From Paramoeba atlantica (lineage: Eukaryota > Protista > Discosea): 64,000 nucleotides of DNA. This document shows, in pieces, positions 43,455 to 54,130 of this stretch. The first letter of the stretch is position 1. Every line of letters starts with the position of its first letter. The stretch is taken from the NCBI GenBank assembly GCA_977017575.1, contig CDRNVI010000087.1:314571-378570 (forward strand), written 5' to 3'. The notes below the pieces were generated by a model. It was not told where the DNA came from. It made no database searches and saw nothing but the letters and a program-made list of their open reading frames with translations. The position numbers were made by a program, and so were the translations under genes.

Positions 43455-43930
43455 GAGGGTTGAAACCTGTTAAGTTTTGCCGAGTTTTGCCAGGACACCG
43501 ATTTTTTGGGGCGTCATTTTGGGAGGCATGTCACGGCTTCAAGAAGGGATATCTTGTGAAAACAACGGTCTAGAAAGCTAGGATAGGACCCAAACTCTCA
43601 AAATGCAATAGGTGTAACTATTTTGAAGAACGATTTTTTAAGCTGTATTTTTCGCCAAGTTGAGTTTTTTTCAGAAAAAACCGAACTTGGTGGCCCCGGC
43701 CTGTTGATACCAGGGGGAGTCGTCCCCGAGTACAGGGGTGGAAAATGTGCGCCAATGCCTCGGCTACCCCTTCTGGGGGTTTATTTCGAAAAACGCGTTG
43801 TTCAAAATTTTCATATTTTGTGGTGCCAAAATGTTTTGCAGCGCACGATGGATGAAGTATGTTCTTCACTAATTCTGACAAGCAATATGCGGGTTTTGCC
43901 AGGTTTTTCCTTTCATAGGTTTCAACCCTC
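43455..43930. mobile_element. Sola3-like MITE, 476 bp, with family-C interior
   Basis: GAGGGTTGAAACCT..AGGTTTCAACCCTC; flanks CTTA / TTAA. Confidence 0.6.
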
Positions 43931-44048
43931 TTAATTTGATTTTAAAGAAGTTTAGAAGAACTTGTGAGGCCCCGTTGTGTGCTCGGACGTCGACTTTTCT
44001 TAATCACAAAACAACTTGCCTTTGTACTACACCTCCTACTGAATATTG

Positions 44049-44765
44049 ATGATTGTTGTATCACTCTCTCTGGTTTTCTTTGTACGTACGCGTGATCCTC
44101 ACGAAAGGCCCCAAAATCGACGTAACGAGGAATGTGTATTACAAACTTCTACAGATGATAAAGCCGATTGTCGTCCAATAGTTTACTCACGTCCAGCAAA
44201 ACAACGTGGAGCTGAGATACCTTTGGAGTACAACTTAGCGCGGCTGATACAAGAGGTTCGTAACCCTCATCCCACGTGGAACACTTCATGGCCTGGATGT
44301 GAGTGGAATGGTGTGTTTTGTGATGCATCCAAAGATAAAATTACACTCAGTTGGTCCTATCGAGATCTGCGGGGTTGCGTCCAGCTGAAATATTTACCTT
44401 CCAAGTTATTACGTTTCTACGTTCGTGCAAACTTCTTATTTGGAGGATTTCAGTTCGTCCACTTTCCGATTTGTTGTGGATATATCACACTTTATGGAAA
44501 CAGCTTCAGTGGTACGCCTGGCTTTCACTTGATGCCTCCACACATGGAATACCTTGACATGAGCTATAACGAACTAGCTGGTAGTGTTGATTTTTCAAAT
44601 CTCCCTTCTACTTTATCACACATGTACTTACGAGGCAATGCCGAGCTCAGTGGAAAGCTAGACGTTTCAGGACCATTGAAGAATTTGTTATATGATATTG
44701 AAGGCACAAGGATATCCGTAAAAAGCGGTGAACTCTGCCGCTTGAAATCAAGTTTCGTACACTAA
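44049..44765 (+). CDS. Short LRR protein (copy 9)
   Basis: RPAKQRGAEIPLEYNL..TW..GCEWNGVFC followed by LRRs; hydrophobic first 12 aa. Confidence 0.87.
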   Translation: MIVVSLSLVFFVRTRDPHERPQNRRNEECVLQTSTDDKADCRPIVYSRPAKQRGAEIPLEYNLARLIQEVRNPHPTWNTSWPGCEWNGVFCDASKDKITLSWSYRDLRGCVQLKYLPSKLLRFYVRANFLFGGFQFVHFPICCGYITLYGNSFSGTPGFHLMPPHMEYLDMSYNELAGSVDFSNLPSTLSHMYLRGNAELSGKLDVSGPLKNLLYDIEGTRISVKSGELCRLKSSFVH

Positions 44766-44782
44766 AAATTCTAACATTATAG

Positions 44783-47470
44783 TTGCGGTGGTTGTATAAC
44801 TACCGCTCTACCCTCGATTATTGAAAAAAAAGTGAACAAAAACAGTGAAAATATAAAGAGGAACACAGTAAAAAATATAATAGAAGAAAAAAATATAAAA
44901 GGGGGCTCCGGTGGTCCAAAATTGAAAAAAAAATTGAAAAAAATGACGGGTCCATGGGGGGGTCTATGGGGCGCATACCGCACGAATTTTTGTAAAAAAA
45001 CTATTTTTCGAAAAAAACCCTCAGAAGGGGTAGCCGGGGTGTTGGCGCGCATTTTCTACCCCCCTACCCGGGGGTGACCCCCCCGCGTACCGTCACCCCC
45101 CCCTCACTTGTCCCGACGAAAAGGCCAAAAAAGCGGAAAAGGCGGATAAGTCGCGTGGTAGGACAAGTCACGTAGCATCAAGAGGAATTGTATGACACAT
45201 TTTTGTATACATCCGTATAAATGAAAAAACCCTTTTTCGAACTTATTAGGTCGGCTTCAGTGCCATCAGCGAGATGGCAGTGCCAGGGAAGACCACGAGG
45301 AGGTCCCGACCTTACTTCCCCATTTCGGTTTTGTGCCCAACTTTCAGAGGAAGTTGGGTTTTTTACAGAAACGGTAACTATCGTTTGAGCAGCTTTCCGA
45401 ATATACCGTGAACGATAGAGATAAGATGAGCCCACGTACCAATAGATTAAATACATTGTATATGAATACAAATGTTGTTTACAAGGGAAAAACAATATAA
45501 ACAGAAAATACACTTTAGATTTATTCTGCTTTATTATAATACAGCTATCATTTTTAATAAAACAGTTTCTGATCTTTAATGAAGCATACAACGTAGTAAT
45601 TAGCATGCGTTCCGGTCCCTTAAAGCTGCGTGCTGCACGCCATATAGTTTTTGTGCTGCACTTGCGTGCTGCACTTGTCCATATAGTTTTTCTTAAAAGT
45701 TTTGTTAACGCTTGTGTCCATAAGTTGTACTAATGGGGTACATCCGCCAGGAATAAACAAAATATCGATATGCATTTCCTTCAAGTATAGAAGAAGTTCC
45801 TTAGTGCGATGTGCCGCGTAAAGATCTAGGACAAACAAAGTCTTGTAAGGTGGGTACTTTGATCGGTCGCAAAACTCAAATTTGGCCCACTGTAAAAATG
45901 TTACGCCAGTCGTCCAACCAGATTTCGACGTAGTGCTGGTACATTTATATTTCACGCTGGCTCGCTTGGTTTCTTGTGCAATGGGTCCAACTTCTGATTG
46001 CGTGCTCCAAATCAGGTGAGGTGGGTTCATCAGGTGCGACCAGGTGTCATCACAATTTTTCGAAGAACGACACCACATCCAACAAGTTGTGATGTTACGC
46101 TCTTTTCCAGTTGTACATATCTTGACGCGCTTGGTTCCACGAAATTCATATGTTAGGCTCCCAGGCAACAGGTGTTTCGTCTCCATGAACAATTACTTTG
46201 TAACCGCTGCAGTCTGTATTCATGAGAGAAAGCATATCTTTCCATTTTCGCACTTTTTCTTCTGCATCCACAGGAAGTAACTGGGTGCAACCGTTCACCC
46301 GGCGAACAGAAATGTTTGCCCACTTACAAAAGCGCAACCAGAATGCCTGTTGGCCTCGGTCAGTAAGGTTCCGGAAGTGATCAGAAACTTCGTTGAACTA
46401 TTTGACCATCATGCTCTTGGTCACTGAAACTAACGACTCCCTCAACACCTGCACAGTTTCCAATCCACCCTGATACACCTCACGATTTCGGAGTGGAGGG
46501 TGATATTGGAATTTGTTTCCATACCCGAGATGCACAAGTTGCTGCCATTCTTTTTTCTTTGAATAAATTTTGCTTACAGTGCTACCGTCGACCTTGTATT
46601 TTTGTGCCACTTTCGCTTGACTTTTTCCGTTGTCAAGCGCAGCACAAATATTGCGCTTTTGCTGGATGGTGATGTCAATGCGTATTTTTCGCTCAGATGC
46701 ACTCTGTGATACGGAAACCTGCTGAGCATTTATGACACTTCCAGACGTGTCTCCCACATGGGGTATTACCGCTGTGTTTTCAGCTTTCGAAGTGATGGGT
46801 ACTAGTACTTGACTAGCGTTGAATGGTTCATAGTTTCGCTTCTTTCTAGACATCTTGATTCAAATAGTTTTTAAAGAGATAATATCTGTAGACTGAATGT
46901 CGTACTTTGTAGAGATAGTCGTAACTGCTTTCTATTAAATACAACTGTAATAGTATGATATACTATTACTGTAATAGTATGTAATAGTAATAAAATTTAA
47001 TATGTTAGATACAACTGTATCTGCAACTAAAAAATACGAAAAATATAATTTTCAAAAATGACCAAGGGCAGGGGACTACCACGTGACATATCCGCCCTCA
47101 AATTCTCAAAAGCGGATATGTCACGTGGTAGGACAAGTGAGGGGGGGGTGACGGTATGCGGAGGACGCGTCCTCCAAGTTCGGATTCTTTTGGAAAAAAA
47201 GAATTGAAAAGAAATTCAACTTGGCGAAAAAAATATTTTTCCAAAATCGTTCCCCCTATTGTATTTTGACAGTTTGAGACCCATAGTAGCTTTCTCCGCA
47301 GTTGTTTTCGCCAGATATCCCTTCTTCGAGCCGTGGTATGCACCTCAAAATGACCCAATTCTGACTAAAAAAGGTGAAAAAATATTTTTCGGACCCCAAG
47401 GTTCCTTTTTCTGTCGAAAGATTGGTGTGGGTTCCAACGATAGTGCGCACTGTCCGTGTTGTGAGACATT
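44783..47470 (-). repeat. Repeat family C, inverted copy, split by the 45090-47154 pogo element
   Basis: Rejoining the flanks at the TA restores CCCCGCG-TA-TGCGGAGGACG, matching the reverse complement of 3722-3765. Confidence 0.75.
45090..47154 (-). mobile_element. pogo/Tigger-like element, 2065 bp, with frameshifted D-D-35-D transposase
   Basis: TA-flanked TIRs CCGTCACCCCCCCCTCACTTGTCC; ORF pieces 46398..46853 (psq-type HTH), 46146..46337 (HGDETP) and 45620..46192 (VLDLYAAH..IPGGCTPLVQLMDTS). Confidence 0.88.
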
Positions 47471-47829
47471 GACTATTTTTTCATCTATAGTCATGCATAG
47501 TCATACTCGGAAAGTTGAGAGGGGGAGAAGCGCTTTGAAAAGCTGGCCTCTAATGGAAGGGCCCTGCTACCACGCCGGCTGCTTTGCAGCATTAAAATAG
47601 TTGCATCTGTAGCATTTCGTTATGATGCTTCCCACTGAATGCAGACTTCTCTCCCCGTGTGTAAATCGGAGTGCCATCAACAATCGCTGTCACTCGAGAA
47701 AACTGGATGAATTTATGACTTTGATTTCGGATAAAAATGGAATGTTGGAATAGAAATATCATTTAGGGGTAAAGTTCCCCGAAAGTTTATCATAAAATTG
47801 TGAACATGTGATAGTAATCGGCGCATATA

Positions 47830-48020
47830 CAGGGGGGTAAATCAGATGCTGCGGGGGGTCTAAAAATTGCAAAACGCTTCCAATTTTGGAAAATGATAGC
47901 GCATTCGAGAGCTCTCGCAGAGTTCTATGTTTTAGAAAAGGCAGTTTCCCGGGGTATAGGGGGGTGTTCAACTGACAAGAGGCCCAAAAACGTCAAAATA
48001 CAAAAATTGTGAGAAAGGTT
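47830..48020 (-). mobile_element. Solo family-A Tc1-like end
   Basis: TA-CAGGGGGGTAAATCAGATGCTG.., homologous to 1505-1700. Confidence 0.8.
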
Positions 48021-48038
48021 TTAGACGACTAATAATTA

Positions 48039-49341
48039 CTCCCCCTTTCATAATTCTTTATACCGTGGAAACATTAATTAAGAATTACACTAATTAAAGG
48101 AAAATGGTTTTCAAAAAAAATAATTCCCTTAATTAGTGTTCCCTTATTTTATTTTCCCTTAATTGCTTTGCGGGAATCAAGTTGAAAATAGCCCAAGATC
48201 ACGAGATAAGTAGAGGGGGGACCACCCATTATCACACTTTTTTCGGTGTGATAATAAGCGAATTGTGTGATAACAAGTGAAATTTCGAAAAAGTGTGTTA
48301 ATTAGTGGATACTTCACGTATTACAACGTTTTGGTTGCACATTTCGAATTTTTGACCTAAGCTCTGAAATATTGGTATGTGGGCTCAGCGGGGGTTGGGG
48401 GCGCCTGGGCCATGGGCGGAAAGAATAATTATTAATTATTAATTGCCTGAAAATGCCAAAAATCGATGAAAAATAATTATTCCCTTAATTAGTGTTCCCT
48501 TAATTGGCGTTCCCTTATTTAATGTGTCTCTTAATTAATGTTTCCACGGTAAATATAAACTATAAGTGTTTCGGCCATTTATATTTATATTATATAAAGC
48601 TTTAAAAGTGTTTGGTACCGAGATGGATTTACTTATAAAAATATTTATATAAATTATGATCATTAGTTCTACTAGTTCTTATGCGCTTTCATGGGGTGTT
48701 TGCATGAATAGGTGACCGAATTTTATATGTAAAATCACACGCATTTGACCACATTGATGAATTTGATAAAAAAAGAGGACCGAACCATAGAACCGAAAAA
48801 GAAATTTCTTAAACTATTAGACTTCTTAATGTCTAAAAAAAAAGTTCATATGCATTTGATACGCGAATCAGAAGTTTTTTATCCTGCTCTTTTAGCGTTT
48901 TTCAGGCGTTTCAAAGTTTTATATAAATTTATATAAAACCATGAAACATTTCGGGCTCGAACTTAAACCCTGTTCCGGGTTATTGTGCCCCCCCTGCACA
49001 ATAACTGGCTCTAGGCACAATAACTAAATATTGGAAAAAAATAAAAAAAAGGGTAAAAAAATTTGGCGCCGCTTCGCGGCGCCTTTTATATGGACAAACA
49101 CGTTCATGCGCAGAATGAGTTCTATTTAACGAGTGCGCTGTTGAACAAACAACGTTAATTTCGAGAAAGTGGGAATAAAAAACCTGCAAAAAAATGCGGC
49201 GCCGCTTCGCGGCCCCATATTTTGGAGAGGGGGGGCACAATAATAGTGGTCGTTTCCACTTATTGGGCCCCCCCTGCACAATAGGTAGCTCTAGGCACAA
49301 TAACCCGGAACAGGGTTTATAAAGAATTATGAAAGGGGGAG
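48039..49341. mobile_element. Family-D-like element with two nested MITEs (48063-48549 and 48966-49317)
   Basis: Perfect 22-bp outer TIR CTCCCCCTTTCATAATTCTTTA; inner TIRs CCGTGGAAACATTAATTAAGA and AACCCTGTTCCGGGTTATTGTGCC; all TA-flanked. Confidence 0.85.
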
Positions 49342-49692
49342 TACAACTTTCTCCTTACCCCCCTGCATAATATCACAAACAACAACAGAATAATATTTAT
49401 GTATCTCGAATTATGCATAGATGACTTATTTTTGACTCCTGAGGACTCCTGAGGACTCCTGAGGACTCCTGAGGATATAGAGCCGTCTGTATCTTACCCA
49501 TTGCGGAAAAATGATTTTATTTATCTGTTTTTTCCCGTTTCCGCGACTAGGACTCATGTCCGAAGTGAAGACTAAACATTTCGAAGATAATCTGGATAAA
49601 AGCGCTGTATTAAAATACGAAAGGGCATGACTAACCGAAATTATAAATTTCGGCGAAATAACATAGGTCATTTACCACCGCAATTACTTTTT

Positions 49693-50449
49693 TAGGCTCT
49701 TCGTTAAACACGGTGGTTGTTTTCAAAGTCACTCATGTTGCGCTCTTCGCGTTGAAAACTACCACCGCGTTTAACGAAGAGCCTAAAAAAGAAAAATCGC
49801 GAAAAGGTCATGCATAATCTATTTTTTTGGGGGAAAAACCTCGATTTTTAGGCAAAAAATTCGAAAATTTAACCCAAATTTAGGCCGTTTTTGATGCCTT
49901 ACCAGTAGGGATAGGAGGCGAATATGACGAAACAAATGTCGTAGAATGGTAGCTGGGGTTCCAAACTCCTAAAACACGTTTTAGGGTTCTTGAAAAATAA
50001 TATTTTTACTTTTTTTGGGTCAATTTGTTTTTGGTCACCCCAAAAATTTCGGAATTTTTGACCTTGTCAGACCCCTCCTGCGCGTACCAGGGGGGGTACC
50101 CCCATGGGCGGGGGTCAAAAAATATCGCCGCGGCATACTCTACCACTTCCCTGCGCTCGATTTTGAAAAGCAAAAAATTCGAAAAAATATTTCGCGACGT
50201 ATGCCCCCCCCCCTGGACCCCCCCTGGACCCCCCCCTGGACCCCCCCTGGACCCCCCCCTGGACCCCCCCTGGACCCCCCCCTGGACCCTCCATTTTTTT
50301 CATTTTTTTTTTCAGTTTTGGACCACCGGAGCCCACTCTTATATTTTTTTCTTCTATTATATTTGTGTGTTTCTCTTTATATTTTCACTGTTTTTGTTCA
50401 TTTTTTTTCAATAATCGGGGGTAGAGCGGTAGTTATATAACCACCGCAC
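49693..50449 (+). repeat. Repeat family C, copy 3: palindrome, (C7-9 TGGA) x7 array at 50204-50290, 3' stem-loop
   Basis: Same order of modules as 2742-4355. Confidence 0.75.
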
Positions 50450-50550
50450 TAAAAATTAATGAGAGGGAGAGAACACCTTCGAATTTCAATGCATCAAAAG
50501 TAAAATGTCCATGAAATTTCTAGATAAAGAAATTAAACGTTTTTTCTCTG

Positions 50551-51284
50551 ATGTTGCACACGGTTTCTGTTGCGGATATTGAAGACCCACGCATGACGCG
50601 ACGTGCAGCTAAAGTGAGCACAACTAATCTTCCACAAGAATATAGTCTTAAGCGACTTATACATGAAATTAAAATACGCATCCCTCGTGGAGTACATCAA
50701 CCCCGGCTTGTGAGTGGGATGGCGTCTCCTGTAACAAAGATGATGAGATATTGGCCATAAATTGGATCACGAAAAAACTGACAGGTTCGTTCACGTTTGA
50801 TTACCTTCCCAAAACATTATACAACTTTTATGTCTATAATAACCAACTTTCTGGGGAAGTACCACTGGGTACTCTTCCCTCCACTTTGCGCACTTTCAGT
50901 CTTTGGAATAATAAATTTAGCGGGCCATTGGACTTGACCGCTCTCCCGCTGAATTTGAAGACTTTGATGCTTTCAGGTAACCAATTTACAGGAGAAGTTT
51001 GTTTAATTAAATTACCCTTAGGGTTAACCAGTCTCTGTCTTGACAGGAATCAATTATCAGGTGAACTTTGTTTCAGTGCACTCCCAAATCTGAATATTCT
51101 GCGTCTTCACGATAATAAATTTTCCGGAAACGTTAATTTAAAAAGCCTTCCGGGTACGTTAGAGGACCTCGATTTGTCATCGAACGCTAAGTTGTGCGGC
51201 GAGATAGAGGAACACCATCTTCCTAAAAACTTGCGCCTCGGATTCATGATTTTCGGCACTAATATTACACTATTAACGGTGTAG
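50551..51284 (+). pseudogene. LRR gene (copy 10) with a 1-bp frameshift in an A-run near 50670 (may be a sequencing error)
   Basis: Frames 50551.. (RRAAKVSTTNLPQEY) and 50751..51284 join if one A is added to ATTAAAATACG. Confidence 0.82.
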
Positions 51285-51626
51285 TGTTGCGTGAAGTTGT
51301 ACATACCTAGTTGTAATGTAGTTGTACTAAAGAAGTTGTATTCAAATGCTGAGTTATTCTTTCAAAAGAACGGGTGATAATTGCTGTCCCCACCCGTTTT
51401 TGCGCACCTCGTTTTTTGTTGTTGAAAAGTGCGCCTACATAAAAACAACTACACCTTAGCTCAGTGTGCGCTTAAAAGGGGTCTTCCCGGGTGTGCTTAA
51501 ACGGGAGCCGGTAGTGTACGAACCTTATAATTCAATGCATTGTGCATTCTCTCTGTTGAGATCCATTAGTTTGTTTTTATACGCTATGTTCGATTTTTAT
51601 TACGGCTACATTCGATTTACAAAGTC

Positions 51627-52187
51627 ATGAATATTCCTAAGAGCACAACACGTGTAGGTAAGGTCAGGGGCATGTTTCTCCCTCCGGAATACGAACTCAC
51701 AAAGTTTATTAGTGATGTTCAACATCTGCATGAGTCATGGAATACGACTACACCAGCATGTGAGTGGATTGGTGTGACGTGTAGTGAGCAGGGTGAAGTT
51801 AGCCGCATTGCTTGGAGTGGTCGAGGGCTGTCCGGTACATTGCACTGGGGTTCGATACCACGTTCTGTAACATACCTCGAACTGAGCGGCAACCAATTGA
51901 GCGGGTGCGTAAGTTTCGCGTTGCTTCCTCCTGTACTTGAAAGAATGTGGCTCCAAGGCAACAGGTTTACAGGTGAGCTTCACCTTGAGGACCTGCCGCC
52001 TACCATGCTAATTTTGAACATCTCTCGAAATCAGTTCACTGGCTTTGTTGATCTTTCTTTTCTGAAGGATTCAAAAATTACTGGATTCGATATAACGGGG
52101 AATACAAATCTCCAAGGATCAATTCCGGAAGGCATTCAACCTAAAACTGTTTGGTGGGGCATTCCGGCTGATTGGATTCAGAAGTAA
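51627..52187 (+). CDS. Short LRR protein (copy 11)
   Basis: RVGKVRGMFLPPEYEL..SW..ACEWIGVTC followed by LRRs. Confidence 0.88.
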   Translation: MNIPKSTTRVGKVRGMFLPPEYELTKFISDVQHLHESWNTTTPACEWIGVTCSEQGEVSRIAWSGRGLSGTLHWGSIPRSVTYLELSGNQLSGCVSFALLPPVLERMWLQGNRFTGELHLEDLPPTMLILNISRNQFTGFVDLSFLKDSKITGFDITGNTNLQGSIPEGIQPKTVWWGIPADWIQK

Positions 52188-52772
52188 GATACAAAAAATA
52201 TATTGCCCAAACTTTGATTGTCACAGCTTCATAAACCTCAACAACTTTATGAGCTTGTATCAGTAATCCCCCATTCTTTACATAGGACAATTTACATAAA
52301 CCCCTGAGCAAAATAAGGCACTCCCTCCAAAATCTCAATGCTTCGCTCGTTTGAGCTAATTTTTGTAGCATGTTATAGATCTCAACACAAAGAGTTTGCG
52401 CGTTAAGAAACGGAACAAGAAATCCCAAATGCGTACATTTGAAAGTCTGATTACAGGGAAGAAATTATGTTGTGTCAAAAAAGAATCGTGTTAATTTCTG
52501 GGATTAACACGACCTTTGTTGACACAACATATGTTGCCATAGGGGTTGGGGGTATGCTATCGGCCCTGGGTCGATACCATACCCCCCCGGTATGGTACAG
52601 GTCACAGGTATGCTAAACCGGAACCCCGTTAATTTTGTAGGCCAAGTTTTACGAAATTTAGATTCCCCAGCATTAGCTGATCCCCCCTGCATATGAGCTG
52701 ATTCCCCCTGCATAACTTTAATACCCATTAAAGCAAATTAATACCTTGAATATTTTATCTAATTTATGTGCA

Positions 52773-53498
52773 ATGGATTCCCAAGCGCCATCCACGCGCC
52801 CGTCGAAGGTTGGTGCATTGAATTTACCACAAGAAATGGATCTTGAGCGGCTCATTAGTGGTTTGCACACTCGTCATGAGAGCTGGAATTCTAACATTTC
52901 TGCTTGCAAATGGAAAGGCATCAAGTGTAATTCAGAGGAGAAAGTTACTGAAATAAGGTGGAGCCGTCAAAAGTTGAGTGGATCCATGAAGTTTGCATGT
53001 ATTTTAATGTCCGTTGAGACGTTCGATATTGAATACAACAGCATATCAGGGGAAAACGTCCTAAGTGAACTTTTCCCATTAGTAAAGTTAAGGCATTTCT
53101 TTCTGGGAGGAAACAAATTTACAGGCAATCCGGATCTGACAAGACTCCCGAAGCTTTCTACCGGCGCATGGATGGAAACAAACGAATTGTCTGGTGATAT
53201 ATGCCTTACACAGTTGCCCGTCGATCTGGTACATCTTGATGTTAGTGATAATTTCTTGACTGGAAAATTAGATTTCGGGGCACTCCCGGACACTCTGGAA
53301 GCTTTATACTTGTCTGGAAACGAATTCGAAGGAATGATAGATTTATTAGTCCTTCCGGAGAAGCTAGATACCCTTACTTTAGATAAAAATCCGCTTCTGG
53401 AAGGTACAATAGTCGCAAGCAAGCTCCACCCGCGATTAAAAAAAAGTATTCAATTATTGAGATGTTCTTCGAATACCAAACTTGTAGTCGTAGATTAA
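52773..53498 (+). CDS. Short LRR protein (copy 12)
   Basis: RPSKVGALNLPQEMDL..SW..ACKWKGIKC followed by LRRs. Confidence 0.88.
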   Translation: MDSQAPSTRPSKVGALNLPQEMDLERLISGLHTRHESWNSNISACKWKGIKCNSEEKVTEIRWSRQKLSGSMKFACILMSVETFDIEYNSISGENVLSELFPLVKLRHFFLGGNKFTGNPDLTRLPKLSTGAWMETNELSGDICLTQLPVDLVHLDVSDNFLTGKLDFGALPDTLEALYLSGNEFEGMIDLLVLPEKLDTLTLDKNPLLEGTIVASKLHPRLKKSIQLLRCSSNTKLVVVD

Positions 53499-53823
53499 TA
53501 AACTAACTAATTTATACTACTAGATTAATATTTAAAAAAAATCGATTCGATAAGCGCGGTGGTTGCTTTCGGAATAGAAGTCACGCATGCTGTACGCTTC
53601 GCCTCACAGCCTTTTTCTCCTCACTTTTCTCCAAAATTCGCAAAGCCCGCTACTTAGAAGGGGGCAACGCATCTGTGGTGATTGACAGAATATGGAAGAA
53701 TTCGAAAGTGAAAGGCAAAACAATTTCGGCGACGCTTCGCGGCACCTACGTTTTTCCCATTTGTGTGATGCACTGGTGGTGGTGCCTAAGCTGCGAAATG
53801 ACTCATTTGGTATAATGAATATA

Positions 53824-54130
53824 AACCCCCCTTCATCAATAAGGCACCCCACCTTATTTTTGGCACAGCGCGACGTGGATAGGTTATAGCACCATCTTGT
53901 CGTGTAAAATTTTGAGATCTGCACGTTCCCGATGTTTTTAGAACTCTTCACGAATAAAAAATAAAACCACACTTTTTCAATATTTTTTTTACAGAGTCAT
54001 GCTAATATTAGCAGAAAAATTACATGTTCAGCGGCCAGGGGGGAAGGGGGGCAATATGAAAATGGCGTCACAGCTCTTCGCTAGGGGAACGAGATCTTTC
54101 GTTTGCAACAAAAATGAGCAAAAACAGATA
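53824..54130 (+). mobile_element. Partial family-F non-autonomous element
   Basis: TA-AACCCCCC.. left end homologous to 41692-41820 and to the reverse complement of 15290-15570. Confidence 0.7.

Noticed and set aside
49434-49474. 10-bp repeat GACTCCTGAG x4 (also 10-12-bp repeats at ~1370 and ~31325, and a 35-bp duplication at ~40652)
   Set aside because: Short slippage repeats with no supporting context.
50015-50440. Pro-rich or Gly-rich proteins (50015, 50025, 50115, 44777, 44832)
   Set aside because: Translations of the family-C C-run array and AT-rich tract.
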